A stretch of 64,000 bases of DNA, from positions 8,444-72,443 of the forward strand of contig JBBRAE010000013.1 of assembly GCA_038207085.1 (NCBI GenBank), written 5' to 3'. Both the position numbers and the translations under genes were made by a program. Positions 49,751-59,654 of this stretch are shown piece by piece. A model generated the notes under the pieces. The model saw nothing but the letters and a program-made list of their open reading frames with translations. It made no database searches and had not been told where the DNA came from. The DNA comes from Armatimonadota bacterium (lineage in GTDB: Bacteria; Armatimonadota; UBA5829; DTLH01). Each line of letters begins with the position of its first letter. Positions within the stretch are counted from its first letter, which is position 1.

Positions 49751-49772
49751 TTGCACCTGTATAACAACTCAT

Positions 49773-49801
49773 AGTATAGCACGGCGCATCGTTTTTGGCA
49801 A
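49773..49801 (-). promoter_or_regulatory. sigma70 promoter of the nusA operon
   Basis: TTGCCA-N17-TATACT with an extended TG. Confidence 0.7.
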
Positions 49802-49892
49802 TAGTTCCGACAACTCCACGGTCCGAAGCCGTCAAGGTCTTGCACACGTCTGCCATATTCCCTTATTATCATCAAAGCTATACATCCTGACG

Positions 49893-50052
49893 AGCAGTGT
49901 TTCAAGCTGGAACATTGTTGGGTGGCGATTTCCGAATCGCCACCCCAAAGCTAAGACGGGATTTCCGAATCGACGGCGCTATGCGCCACTGGATCCCGAA
50001 TGGCGTAATACATGGCGATTGACCCACTAGCAGTGTTTCAATGTGGAACATT
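49893..50052. repeat. 24-bp direct repeats flanking small palindromes
   Basis: agcagtgtttcaagctggaacatt (49893) and agcagtgtttcaatgtggaacatt (50029); internal gggtggcgatttccgaatcgccaccc and a family-2 unit. Confidence 0.75.
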
Positions 50053-50094
50053 ACGTCTACTCGCTCAGTCTTCATACCAGGGAGGGATCGACCT

Positions 50095-51468
50095 ATGAAG
50101 AAACCGCGTTGGTATCACACACTTTTGGCCGCCGTGCTGATTCTCAGTTCAGGCATGCTTTTGGCCGTCTCTTTTGACCACCGATGGGGGTTTTTCGGCT
50201 GGATATCGATGATGCCGCTTCTCATCGGCACAAGATTCACCCGCCCCGGCATCTCTGCGCTACTTGGTTTCGTGGCGATAGCGATCTGTGGATGCTTGAT
50301 GGTCGGAGGTCTCGCGAACGCGACCGAAGGCGCCAATGCGATGTTTCTGTTTCTGGGCCTCGCCCTGATGTTCGCTGCTGTCCCTGCCCTTTGCTCCTAC
50401 ACCGCTCCCCGAATGTCCCCTGCCCTTTGGGTAGTATTCGTCGCGTGTGCTGCAGTTGCGAGCGAGTGGGCGATAGACTTCCTCACCCCGGCAAGCACTT
50501 CTCTCCCTCTTGCCCACAGCCAGGCTGCGCTCGGAATCGCCCGTTTCACCGGAATATGGGGAGTTACGTTTCTGGTGTGGCTGATTCCTGGTGCGCTCGC
50601 AATGTCGTTCGCGAAGAAGAAAAAGGCGTGGCCGCTTCTGATTCCGGCGATGGTGGCAATCGCCATCGGCTGGGTGTCAGGTGGACGGGAGCCCTCAGGA
50701 AAGAGAGTGACAGCGGCTGCGGTGCAGTGTATGTTCCCCGAGCAGGCGCTAGACGAGACTTCAAGGCTTCCGGCAAGCGTCGAATACGCAGTGTGGCCTG
50801 AATATGTGATCGACGGCGACTTCCCTGAAGCACATGCCGCCGCGACGCAATCCGGCGCGTTTGTCGTCGCTAGCATAACCGAGCACACTGGGGCGAAAAA
50901 GCCCTACAACACAGCAATCCTCATATCACCCGACGGAGAGAAGATTGGGCAATCCCGCAAGCGTCATCTCTTTGGCGACGAGGTCTTTCACTACTTCTCA
51001 GGAATGACCTCAAGCCCAATTGACGTCGACGGCACAAAGGTGGCTCTGGCGATATGCTATGACACGGTTTTCACCGATGTTACCCGTGACCTCGCATCCC
51101 AGGGCGCACAGATACTCTTCGTGCCTACCGGCGACCCGGTCATCCACGGCTATCTGTTCCACAAGCTCCACGCCGGAATGGTAGCCTTCCGCGCAGCGGA
51201 AAACGGGATACCCATAGTCTGGGCGGACGCCCACGGGATGTCAACCGTGTTCGACTCACTCGGGCGAGTGGTGGAACAAGCGCCAACCGACCGCCAAACA
51301 GCCGTGTTTGCGACCGTTAAACTAAGAAACGAGACGACACCATTCACCCGAATGGGCGATGTGTTTGCCTACGCGTGTGCAGGGGCCGCCTTCGCCATAC
51401 TCGTCATTGTGCTCGCGAAAGAAACCTCTAGTCGGAGGCAGGCTCGAGGTCAGGGAACCAGAGATTGA
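50095..51468 (+). CDS. Apolipoprotein N-acyltransferase-like membrane nitrilase
   Basis: Multiple TMs; WPE, K(RHL), ICYD triad; FRAAENG; T.F.R.GD.F; RBS gggagg. Confidence 0.82.
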   Translation: MKKPRWYHTLLAAVLILSSGMLLAVSFDHRWGFFGWISMMPLLIGTRFTRPGISALLGFVAIAICGCLMVGGLANATEGANAMFLFLGLALMFAAVPALCSYTAPRMSPALWVVFVACAAVASEWAIDFLTPASTSLPLAHSQAALGIARFTGIWGVTFLVWLIPGALAMSFAKKKKAWPLLIPAMVAIAIGWVSGGREPSGKRVTAAAVQCMFPEQALDETSRLPASVEYAVWPEYVIDGDFPEAHAAATQSGAFVVASITEHTGAKKPYNTAILISPDGEKIGQSRKRHLFGDEVFHYFSGMTSSPIDVDGTKVALAICYDTVFTDVTRDLASQGAQILFVPTGDPVIHGYLFHKLHAGMVAFRAAENGIPIVWADAHGMSTVFDSLGRVVEQAPTDRQTAVFATVKLRNETTPFTRMGDVFAYACAGAAFAILVIVLAKETSSRRQARGQGTRD

Positions 51469-51847
51469 TCTCCGTCTCCGCCGCCTCAAGCGAGTCCGAA
51501 CCGTGGATCAGGTTCTGTCGCATATCGGTTGTGAGATCGCCTCGGATCGTCCCCGGCATCGCGTCTGAGGGCTTGAGCGCTCCCATACTGTTTCGCGCGA
51601 GCCTGACTGCGTCATCGGCCTCTAGCACCATCGCAACCACCGGCCCGGACGTTATGAACTCAAGCAGCCCATCATAAAATGGTTTGCCCTTATGCACAGA
51701 GTAGTGTTCCTCGGCGAGTTCACTCGACGGCGTCACCATCCGCAGTGCGACAATGCCGAACCCTCGGTCCTCAAACCGCCTGATTATTTCGCCCACCAAG
51801 CGCCGTCTCACGCCATCGGGCTTTACCATAACAAATGTGCGTTCCAC
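51428..51847 (-). CDS. ndk: Nucleoside diphosphate kinase
   Basis: [30 protein letters not shown] 51847 after aaaggag. Confidence 0.97.
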   Translation of the reverse strand: MERTFVMVKPDGVRRRLVGEIIRRFEDRGFGIVALRMVTPSSELAEEHYSVHKGKPFYDGLLEFITSGPVVAMVLEADDAVRLARNSMGALKPSDAMPGTIRGDLTTDMRQNLIHGSDSLEAAETEINLWFPDLEPASD

Positions 51848-51943
51848 GATAACTCCTTTATCCACTCGGAGAATTGGTTAGTTATACCAAGCAACCAGGC
51901 ATTTGGTCAAGAGTATTATCCCACATATACCCAGCAATTAGCC

Positions 51944-51972
51944 TTGACATGGCAAAAAATACATGGTATATG
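51944..51972 (+). promoter_or_regulatory. Putative sigma70 promoter for the large secreted protein
   Basis: TTGACA-N17-TATATG with an extended TG, followed by hairpin 51985-52009. Confidence 0.55.
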
Positions 51973-52088
51973 TGAAATATGATATCGGCAATCGCATGCG
52001 CATTGCCGACTATGTAGTAGAAGAGCCCAACCATCGGGCCATAGGGACGAGGTCGATCTTATGACGCGGTCCCTCAGAGGTAACAGGA

Positions 52089-55000
52089 ATGTCGATGATC
52101 TTCAAGCGTAACCCGGCTCTGTTCACCCTCACAATTGTTTGTCTTCTTTTTGCGCCAACGTTGGTTAGCGCGGGAACGCTAACGGGAGTGATCAGCACTG
52201 GCGCTGCCGGAAACCCTCCGCTCGCCGAAGCCTTGGTAAGAACCCTGGGCGAACCCAACTATGGCGCTACCACCAGCCCAACCGGGGAGTATTCACTCAT
52301 CGCGCCCGATGGCTCATATACGCTGCTTGTTTCCGCACCGGGACACATTCCCCAGCGAGTTTCGGTTACCATATCATCCAATTCGGTCAAAGGGTTGGCA
52401 CTGCGAGAGAGCTCTCAGTCTGCTTCACCCATAGACCTGCCACCACCGTCCAATTGGGGAGAGCCGCCCGCAGCGCCTGAGCCCCCCGGGGACAGTTTCC
52501 CGATCTGCTTCGCCGATCTCGGAACCCAGCCGACCGCCGGGAGCCCCAACATCTCCGAGTGGAGCAGGACAATCGAGCCCGACGACACCTTCAGCCTGAC
52601 TGGTTCCGCCTTTACCACAAGGACCGGCATTGATGCAGGAACCGACACGACTGTGTGGGTGTGGGCGCGAACATCGGATTCGGGCGGCGTGCTGCGGCAG
52701 GCAACGATCTGGAGCGTGCGCGACAACTTCCTAATGGCAACGATGCCCGAGGACATCCCCTACGGAACCTACCTTCTCTGGGTCGAGAACAGCGCTGGAG
52801 TGAGCGCACCGATCATCGTCAACAAGCCTCAGGCTCACTGGATCGGCCCACTCGGCAACAAATGCTCTGCAGGTGCGGTTAAAAGAGTAGTCGGGCGAAA
52901 CGTCGCCCACAACCGAGGCACGACCACCTCGGACGCACATGTCTACATCCAAGATGCCTCCGGCGGCGCATTCATGCCCTGCACGATCACCAGAGTCGAC
53001 CCCTATATGGCGGAGTTCACAGTTCCCGCAGGTCTCTCGAACGGCAACTACAAAGTCTTTGTTCACAGCGGACACGGTGGAGCCTACGGCTGGAGCAACC
53101 CAGTCGATCTGGTCGTCGAAGATCGATTCGTGCGAGGAACAAGCGAGGTTGTCGTCGCTCCAAACGGCACCGACGACACAGCGAACCTCCAGTCCGCAAT
53201 CAACACGCAGACCGCCAAATCAAGCGGCGGCGTCATCAAGCTTAGCGCGGGCGACTACATCATCAAAGGCCCGCTTTATTTGAAAGCCAAAGTCGAGCTG
53301 AAAGGCGCGGGTATGAACTCGACCCGCATACTCATTCAGCTTTCAACAGCTCAGCACACAACGATCAACATGAACGAGGACCATATCGGGGTAACTGACC
53401 TCTGGGTGCACGAGTCAGCTGGGTTCGCCAAGACGAACTATGTCGCGATCGGGCACTACTACTGGACCCCGCCCTCCTATGACGCGACTTTCACTCGTTA
53501 TAAGCAAACCGCAGACCCCAACGTGTTCACGTCTTACGCGCTTGACGCTCCGGGCCGAACCGAACTAAACGGCTGCGTAATGTATCGCAAGGCAAACGCA
53601 GGTTCTGAAGGCTACATACACAACTGCACGCTCTACGGCGACTTTTACGGGCAGTCAGAGGCAGCGTCAAGCATCGGCGACAACAACGTATTTGAGTATA
53701 ACCACATCGAGACACAGAATTGGCCGACAAACCCGGCAAACGGAAGCCGAAATTATCTTCCCGGACTTGCCGACGCTTGGCTGACGTGGGACCAGGTGAG
53801 TACTATCGTCTGGGCAAAGCGGGTGGCGCTATCTTACTGCTCCAACAGCTATATCGCGCACAACACGACCAAAGATGTCGCCGTACAAGACAACAAGGGT
53901 GAGATGATCTTGTTTCACGGAAGCGGCAGCTTGTGGTTTGGCAACGTGCTTTCAAACGATATCCGCACAATGACGCTGCGCACCGACGGACTAGTCGACG
54001 GACAGACAATAGCCGTAGACAACTATCGTGGAGATGACCTGCTTGTCGGCGGCAAACCTGTACCCACCTGCGTGGGCTCAAGCGCGATCATCATCGCCGG
54101 CAAGGGGTTCGGACAGTCAAGGCTCATAGTCGCAAACACAGCGAACATGATAACCGTTGACTCACCCTGGCTGGTTCAGCCCGACTCTACATCGAAGATA
54201 TACATATCCACTGGCAGAGCTTACACGAACAACGTCGTCTACTCAAACGACCTGAACGCGTTCCCCGTCGGCTACAATCGAGGAGACGCCGCCAGCGTCG
54301 GTTGGGATGTTGACGGCAACGGCTGGATGAACATGTTCGAAGGGAACACATCCCGAAGGAACATGATGGCCCGCTGGCTTGTCGCAAACGGCGGCCCTAA
54401 CTGGTGGAACGATGCCCGCAACGAAACCGCGCTCGACGTTTTCAACGACGGACTGGCCGCGTTCTGGTGGAGCGGACACCCGCTATACTCACCGTCTTTC
54501 AGCAACACCTACCGTGACTGCTATGTCGAGATCACCGGCCCTGCGGACTCCAGGTTCGGCGGCGCAAGAGTCATGGGTGAGGGATGCGTCGCGGAACGCA
54601 TTACGGTTAAGTCCAAACAGGGTTATGCAATAGACGGTCGACAGGTAGGCACGCTCGGAGAGAACATCATCCGAAAGGGCAATGTTACCGTCACTGACGC
54701 TGCATCTGCTCCGCCTGTGCCGACACCGGTCGGGATCACCAGCGCTGACGGTGCAACACTGCTCGTCGACAATACCTACGCTGGGTCCACACAGACGTAT
54801 TTCCTTGGCTCAGGAGTTTCCAGTTACAACATCCCCGTCCCGGCACAGAGAGTCGCCCGATTCAAAACTCATCCGGGTAGGACATCCGACTCTGTGCTTA
54901 TCCCCATCGCAAACGCCGGTATCCAGTCCTCAGCCCTGAGTGTAAATACAAGTGACACTTGGATCACCGCGAGCCTCCCGGGTGCCTCCACAATGGGGCC

Positions 55001-56933
55001 TGAGAGCAGTTACGCACGGCTCCTGGTCAGCATAAACGGGGTTGGGCTCTCTGTCGGCAGGCACTGGGGATGGGTCGACGTATTGACCCCCACAAAGACC
55101 GTCAGAGTGGGAGTCGTGGCCGACGTAGCTTCGAGCGCTCCTGCCAATCTTCCTCCCATCGCTTCCTTTGTGCCAAACCCGACCGCGGGCACCGCGCCGC
55201 TCACAGTGAGCTTCAACGCCGCAGCATCGATGGACTCCGATGGGCTTGTCACCGGGTATTCCTGGGACTTTGGCGACGGCACTTACGGCGTTGGCGCAGC
55301 GGCGAGCCACACCTACAGCAAGCCCGGCCTGTTCGTCCCGACGCTCACTGTAACAGACGATGACACGGCTACAGGCTCGGCATTTACGAGCATCACCATC
55401 ACCCCGCCACTTACAGGCGTTACACTATCGGGCACGCCGGTTTCGCCCGTCGATATTGGAACCGCTGTCACTCTGAGCGCACAGGCCGCAGGAGGCTATC
55501 TGACCAAATACAAGTTCCTGATCCGAACCACAGCCGGATGGACAACGCTTCAGGACTACTCAACCCAAAACACCTGCCCCTGGACTCCATCAGTCTCAGG
55601 CTATTACGAGATCAAGTGCTACGCCAAAGCTAGCGACTCGACGCGCGCCTACGATGCCGCCAGCAAGGTCATAAGCTACCCCGTTGGCGTTCTTCCGACT
55701 GATGGACTTGCTCTGTGGCTCAAGGCGGACGGTGGAGTCATAAGTGACGGTTTGGGTGTGGTCAGCGAGTGGGCCGATCAGGTTACGGGGTCTACAAAGA
55801 AGCTTACTCAGTCCACTCCGAGCTATCGACCCAAAATCATCGACAGTGCGATGAACGGCAAGCCCGTTGTCCGATTCGCGGGAAACTCCTGCGCACTGTC
55901 AACGCCTGCCTCAGTCCTTACAGGCAACTGCAACTTCACAACCTTTACAAGAGCCAGGCTTAACTCCCTTCCCGGCTCAAACTACCAGTATCTGTGGTGG
56001 TGCGGCGCAGACTCGTCGTATACCGGCTACGGCCCGTGGATCTCAACCATCGGCCGGATGAGAGCGAGTTGGGGCAATCTGAACGGAATTGTCTCGACCC
56101 CCTCCACATATCCCGCCGTACCCGAAAACTGGTATCAGTTCACAAGCCGCTATACCCCCGGAGCCCACGAGTTTTGGATAAATGGCTCCCCTATAGGCAC
56201 AGCGACCAAATCCGACTCCAATATGACCCTGGGCTTTGCTGTCGGCAACTATGCAAGCAGCTCCCAGTTTTATGGCTTTTTCGGCGATATCGCGGAAGTG
56301 CTGATCTACAGCCGCAAGCTTTCCGACATCGAGCGGCAAGGGGTGGAACTCTATCTTTCGTCACGCTGGACCGCAGCGGCGCCGCTTTCCCTGGATCGCT
56401 TAAAGGACGTAAGGGCGCTTGGTGAGGGAGTGCTGGTCAGCATCACATCCGGCAAGACCGCCATCACCGCTTCAGAGACATATTCCGATACCGGAGTCTA
56501 TCTGTCTGAAACCGACAGAACATGCGGGCTCAAGGTCACAGGTGCAGGAACGCTTTCACCTGGGGACAAACTCATGGTTTCCGGCACTACCGATATCGAC
56601 AGCGCGACCGGCGAGACTGTTCTCAGGGTCTCTTCAGTCAACAAAACCTCAGACAAAGAACTCGGCGCACTTGGCATGTCCAACAAGGTGTGCACTGCAT
56701 CCGGGCAGCTTGTAAGAGTCTGGGGGCGGGTGACGGAAAAAACCAGCGGCTATATCACCCTGGATGATGGAAGCGGCTCACCTGTAAGAGTCCAGATAGA
56801 CGGGCTCCTCACGGCTCTTTCAACTCTCCCCAACACTGGGGACTATATGTCGGCAACCGGACCTGCAACCACTATGGCTGGAGGAGTAACAGCTGTAAGA
56901 GTGCGGTCTGCAACAGATATCCGGGTGTATTAA
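52089..56933 (+). CDS. Large secreted multidomain protein (carboxypeptidase-regulatory-like, beta-helix/pectin-lyase-like, Ig, PKD, LamG-like, C-terminal OB-like pair)
   Basis: Signal peptide; TDDTANLQSAIN..GGVIKLSAGDY; WDFGDG PKD motif; LWLKAD..W.DQ and GDIAEVLIYSR.L; RVWGRV..LDDGSG. Confidence 0.85.
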   Translation: MSMIFKRNPALFTLTIVCLLFAPTLVSAGTLTGVISTGAAGNPPLAEALVRTLGEPNYGATTSPTGEYSLIAPDGSYTLLVSAPGHIPQRVSVTISSNSVKGLALRESSQSASPIDLPPPSNWGEPPAAPEPPGDSFPICFADLGTQPTAGSPNISEWSRTIEPDDTFSLTGSAFTTRTGIDAGTDTTVWVWARTSDSGGVLRQATIWSVRDNFLMATMPEDIPYGTYLLWVENSAGVSAPIIVNKPQAHWIGPLGNKCSAGAVKRVVGRNVAHNRGTTTSDAHVYIQDASGGAFMPCTITRVDPYMAEFTVPAGLSNGNYKVFVHSGHGGAYGWSNPVDLVVEDRFVRGTSEVVVAPNGTDDTANLQSAINTQTAKSSGGVIKLSAGDYIIKGPLYLKAKVELKGAGMNSTRILIQLSTAQHTTINMNEDHIGVTDLWVHESAGFAKTNYVAIGHYYWTPPSYDATFTRYKQTADPNVFTSYALDAPGRTELNGCVMYRKANAGSEGYIHNCTLYGDFYGQSEAASSIGDNNVFEYNHIETQNWPTNPANGSRNYLPGLADAWLTWDQVSTIVWAKRVALSYCSNSYIAHNTTKDVAVQDNKGEMILFHGSGSLWFGNVLSNDIRTMTLRTDGLVDGQTIAVDNYRGDDLLVGGKPVPTCVGSSAIIIAGKGFGQSRLIVANTANMITVDSPWLVQPDSTSKIYISTGRAYTNNVVYSNDLNAFPVGYNRGDAASVGWDVDGNGWMNMFEGNTSRRNMMARWLVANGGPNWWNDARNETALDVFNDGLAAFWWSGHPLYSPSFSNTYRDCYVEITGPADSRFGGARVMGEGCVAERITVKSKQGYAIDGRQVGTLGENIIRKGNVTVTDAASAPPVPTPVGITSADGATLLVDNTYAGSTQTYFLGSGVSSYNIPVPAQRVARFKTHPGRTSDSVLIPIANAGIQSSALSVNTSDTWITASLPGASTMGPESSYARLLVSINGVGLSVGRHWGWVDVLTPTKTVRVGVVADVASSAPANLPPIASFVPNPTAGTAPLTVSFNAAASMDSDGLVTGYSWDFGDGTYGVGAAASHTYSKPGLFVPTLTVTDDDTATGSAFTSITITPPLTGVTLSGTPVSPVDIGTAVTLSAQAAGGYLTKYKFLIRTTAGWTTLQDYSTQNTCPWTPSVSGYYEIKCYAKASDSTRAYDAASKVISYPVGVLPTDGLALWLKADGGVISDGLGVVSEWADQVTGSTKKLTQSTPSYRPKIIDSAMNGKPVVRFAGNSCALSTPASVLTGNCNFTTFTRARLNSLPGSNYQYLWWCGADSSYTGYGPWISTIGRMRASWGNLNGIVSTPSTYPAVPENWYQFTSRYTPGAHEFWINGSPIGTATKSDSNMTLGFAVGNYASSSQFYGFFGDIAEVLIYSRKLSDIERQGVELYLSSRWTAAAPLSLDRLKDVRALGEGVLVSITSGKTAITASETYSDTGVYLSETDRTCGLKVTGAGTLSPGDKLMVSGTTDIDSATGETVLRVSSVNKTSDKELGALGMSNKVCTASGQLVRVWGRVTEKTSGYITLDDGSGSPVRVQIDGLLTALSTLPNTGDYMSATGPATTMAGGVTAVRVRSATDIRVY

Positions 56934-57010
56934 ACAGCACCCGGAGAACGGCCAAAGGTGACTCTTGCTGGAGTGCTGGCCGGGTTTTCTCCTTTCTTAC
57001 TCCCTTAACT

Positions 57011-57044
57011 AAGGCCCGGTGGTTATCCGCCGGGCTTTTCTTTT
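57011..57044 (+). terminator. Intrinsic terminator
   Basis: aaggcccggtgg-ttat-ccgccgggctt-ttctttt. Confidence 0.75.
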
Positions 57045-57286
57045 GGGGATAGACAAGAATTGCGACCGAGGAGAGAACCAGACACAGGTTGCGAGCGTGG
57101 AGGATGAGGAAGTCCGCGCGCCAACCACAATGAGTCACGGTATCGCGCAGCGCAAGCGCCTCTCCCCAGCCACAGTCATATAATCGCACTGAAGCATTTC
57201 GGCAATGTTTCACGCCTATTAATAGTTTATCCGTATATCACGCGTGAATTATTTATACATTATTTTTGACAGATTCTGTCTGAAGT

Positions 57287-57312
57287 GTTTAGGTACCATG
57301 AGGCTGGGGTAA
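57287..57312 (+). promoter_or_regulatory. SigB/SigF-type promoter of the KGG stress gene
   Basis: GTTTAG-N14-GGGTAA. Confidence 0.65.
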
Positions 57313-57368
57313 CACATTAACGCAGTAGGCTCTGCAGTACTCTGAAACGACACAGTGGAGGTGTCCGA

Positions 57369-57560
57369 ATGTCAACCAAGCAGAGAGGCTTCGCCTCAAT
57401 GGACAGAGAAAAACAGCGTGAAATCGCTCGAAAGGGCGGCCAGGCTGCCCACCAGAAGGGAACAGCCCACGAGTGGGACAGCACTGAGGCGAGAGTCGCT
57501 GGACGCAAGGGCGGAGAGGCCAGCCACGGAGGCGGCCGCCGCAAAAAGGAGCAGTTCTAG
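57369..57560 (+). CDS. KGG-repeat general stress protein (YciG/Con-10-like)
   Basis: RGFASMDREKQREIARKGG..AHEW..EAR.AGRKGG; RBS ggaggt. Confidence 0.93.
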   Translation: MSTKQRGFASMDREKQREIARKGGQAAHQKGTAHEWDSTEARVAGRKGGEASHGGGRRKKEQF

Positions 57561-57670
57561 CTCCAGGCACACTATAGCCTATCAAATCATACATACTATC
57601 AACACTTCTGATGAGGGCAGGCATCCCCTGGGAGAGACCTGCCCTCTTCTATGTGTTCTCTTTAGCTTCG

Positions 57671-58393
57671 TTACAGTCGAATATCAGCAACTCCAATCAC
57701 CGATGTGCCTGGAACCCGATTAATATTGCTGACTACGTTTTCAGTGGAAACCGGCACAAGCGCTCGGATGCGGGCGTTTCCGTGGAAATCACCCTCAATC
57801 TGGGCGACCGCTTTCACCTGGGCCACCTGCTCTCTCTCTCCTGCGACCACCGCTACGCCGACCCGCAACCCGCTGCCAACGCTTAGAATCGGCACAGCCT
57901 TTTGACTCATATCGACACTGGTCTTCGACTGAACGCTCGGCCCGCCACCGGTCGATGGAAGCGTAGACGATGGCCCCGCCCCGATAGGAGCGCCGGAGAT
58001 CGCGCTTCTCAACTGATCTCGCCAAGCAATCGCAAGACCGTACGGCGTGGTGCTGTATTCAAGCGCCTGAGAGTTGTCCGCGGTGATCAGAACCTGGTTG
58101 CGAGCAACCACGACATATTGACCATTCACCTTGCTCACTGTTACTTCCGAGGCTGCAAGGTCCGGCATCGCCGAAAGCCTCCGGGCGACAACTGCCGCTC
58201 TTTCGGAAGCTGAAAGGCCGCCAGCCGAGAGCCGCAGACGAATCGGCGTCTGGCCGTTTACCACCACTTCGCCGACAGTCACCCCGCTCACAGTCACACT
58301 TCGAGAGCTCACCGTAATCGCGTAGGCGTAGACCACCGCGATCAGCACCACAATAGCAATAACCAGGGCCAAAGGCAGGTATCTTCGTTTCAT
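57671..58393 (-). CDS. Exported hypothetical protein; C-terminal domain paralogous to 58406-58840
   Basis: N-terminal hydrophobic segment; RBS ggaggt; KAVPILSVG..VAG..VKAVAQ.E. Confidence 0.85.
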   Translation of the reverse strand: MKRRYLPLALVIAIVVLIAVVYAYAITVSSRSVTVSGVTVGEVVVNGQTPIRLRLSAGGLSASERAAVVARRLSAMPDLAASEVTVSKVNGQYVVVARNQVLITADNSQALEYSTTPYGLAIAWRDQLRSAISGAPIGAGPSSTLPSTGGGPSVQSKTSVDMSQKAVPILSVGSGLRVGVAVVAGEREQVAQVKAVAQIEGDFHGNARIRALVPVSTENVVSNINRVPGTSVIGVADIRL

Positions 58394-58405
58394 AATGAAC
58401 CTCCC

Positions 58406-58840
58406 CTACACCCTGAAATCGATCAGGGCCGAAAGCCCAACGCCTTCGATCCTGTCGACTCCCTTGGTAATATTGGTCGAACCCACCGGAATGAGCGCAT
58501 TACCACGGAGACTCCCGATTTTGAGTTCTCCCTGCGCGACGGCTTTCACCTTCTTCACAAGCTCCGGTGGCCCGGCGACCTGGGCCGCGCCTATGTAGAG
58601 GCCGCGCCCGATTGATATTATCGGCACAACCTTGGTAGTGCCCTGCCACTCAACACCGCGCTGCACAAGCAGCGTGTTTATGAAGCTGTTGATCTGAGGG
58701 CCGAAATGCTTCACAACAAAGGCGATGCCAAAGAGCTTGACCGCACTTCCAAGGTTCAACGCACTCGAGGGCATCGTCGTCGCTGAGACCAGCATAACGA
58801 CCGCCAGAATAACGGCAAGTAGAGCTATTCGTGGTCTCAT
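58406..58840 (-). CDS. Exported hypothetical protein
   Basis: ATG 58840 with gaggtg; signal peptide; TKVVPIISIG..GAAQVAGP..VKAVAQ. Confidence 0.85.
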   Translation of the reverse strand: MRPRIALLAVILAVVMLVSATTMPSSALNLGSAVKLFGIAFVVKHFGPQINSFINTLLVQRGVEWQGTTKVVPIISIGRGLYIGAAQVAGPPELVKKVKAVAQGELKIGSLRGNALIPVGSTNITKGVDRIEGVGLSALIDFRV

Positions 58841-58877
58841 AAACTCACCTCGCGAGAAATACTGCTCTATTCTTGGG

Positions 58878-58903
58878 ATACCCCCGGTGTTCATGTGCAA
58901 AAC
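58878..58903 (-). promoter_or_regulatory. SigB/SigF-type promoter
   Basis: Minus strand GTTTTG-N14-GGGTAT. Confidence 0.62.
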
Positions 58904-58918
58904 GGACATTCTGTTCGA

Positions 58919-59059
58919 AGTGCATGCAAAGATTGTCGGCTTCACTTGGAGTGCAGCGAGCAATCACCGCTTTGTTCTTGGGCGACAGCAAGGCGCGCAA
59001 GCGCCACATTATCACCAGTCGGAAGATTCGTTAAAGCGGCTCTCGCAAGCCGCACTCCA
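58919..59059. repeat. Family-3 repeat, inverted copy of 16318-16469
   Basis: tggagtgcagcgagcaatc...ctcgcaagccgcactcca. Confidence 0.9.
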
Positions 59060-59112
59060 AAGCTAGCTTGATCGCTGCCTGCAATTCGTAGATTCATTCA
59101 GTTCGTCGCCAC

Positions 59113-59141
59113 TTGAAGACTAAGCGCCGGACTGATATACT
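59113..59141 (+). promoter_or_regulatory. sigma70 promoter of panD
   Basis: TTGAAG-N17-TATACT with an extended TG. Confidence 0.6.
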
Positions 59142-59174
59142 ATATAGGAGTATTTTCCGGAGGAGTATTTTACA

Positions 59175-59522
59175 TTGAGGCTACTTAACCTCTGCAAGAG
59201 CAAGATTCACAGAGCGACTGTTACATGCACGGACGTCAATTACGTTGGGAGCATCACCATCGACGAAGATCTGATGGACGGATGCGGCATCATCGACGGA
59301 GAATACGTCCACGTGTGGAACGTCAACAACGGACAGAGGTTTGAGACCTATGCGATTACAGGCGCGCGTGGGTCGGGCGAAATCTGTGTAAACGGCGCGG
59401 CAGCTAGACTTTGCGAGCCCGGCGACAAGGTGATTGTCGTCGCGTTCGTACTCTCTGATGAGCCCGTCACCCGACAGGTAGTCATCGTTGACGAGAAGAA
59501 TCGCATCTCCCAGCAGTTGTAA
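59175..59522 (+). CDS. panD: Aspartate 1-decarboxylase
   Basis: [18 protein letters not shown] autocleavage site, [14 protein letters not shown]. Confidence 0.96.
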   Translation: MRLLNLCKSKIHRATVTCTDVNYVGSITIDEDLMDGCGIIDGEYVHVWNVNNGQRFETYAITGARGSGEICVNGAAARLCEPGDKVIVVAFVLSDEPVTRQVVIVDEKNRISQQL

Positions 59523-59654
59523 TTCCCCCCAAACGCGCTCATATTCCCCTGATTCAAGCGTCTGACCATTGGGTATTAGCAGGAGGACGAGGGTGCTTGC
59601 CCGCAAGCCCAGGCAAGCAGGTGGGACGTGAGAAACGATTGAGGGAGAACTACA

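Noticed and set aside
51428..51468. 41-bp convergent overlap of the Lnt-like gene and ndk
   Set aside because: Short tail-to-tail overlaps of unconserved termini are common
51985..52080. Possible riboswitch in the leader of the large secreted protein
   Set aside because: Two hairpins are present but I could not match any riboswitch consensus
57100..57125. GAGGAAGTCC resembling the RNase P RNA signature
   Set aside because: Imperfect match and the other conserved RNase P regions are absent
59147..59171. Duplicated AGGAGTATTTT before panD
   Set aside because: Real 11-bp duplication, but most simply a duplicated RBS with no further evidence of function
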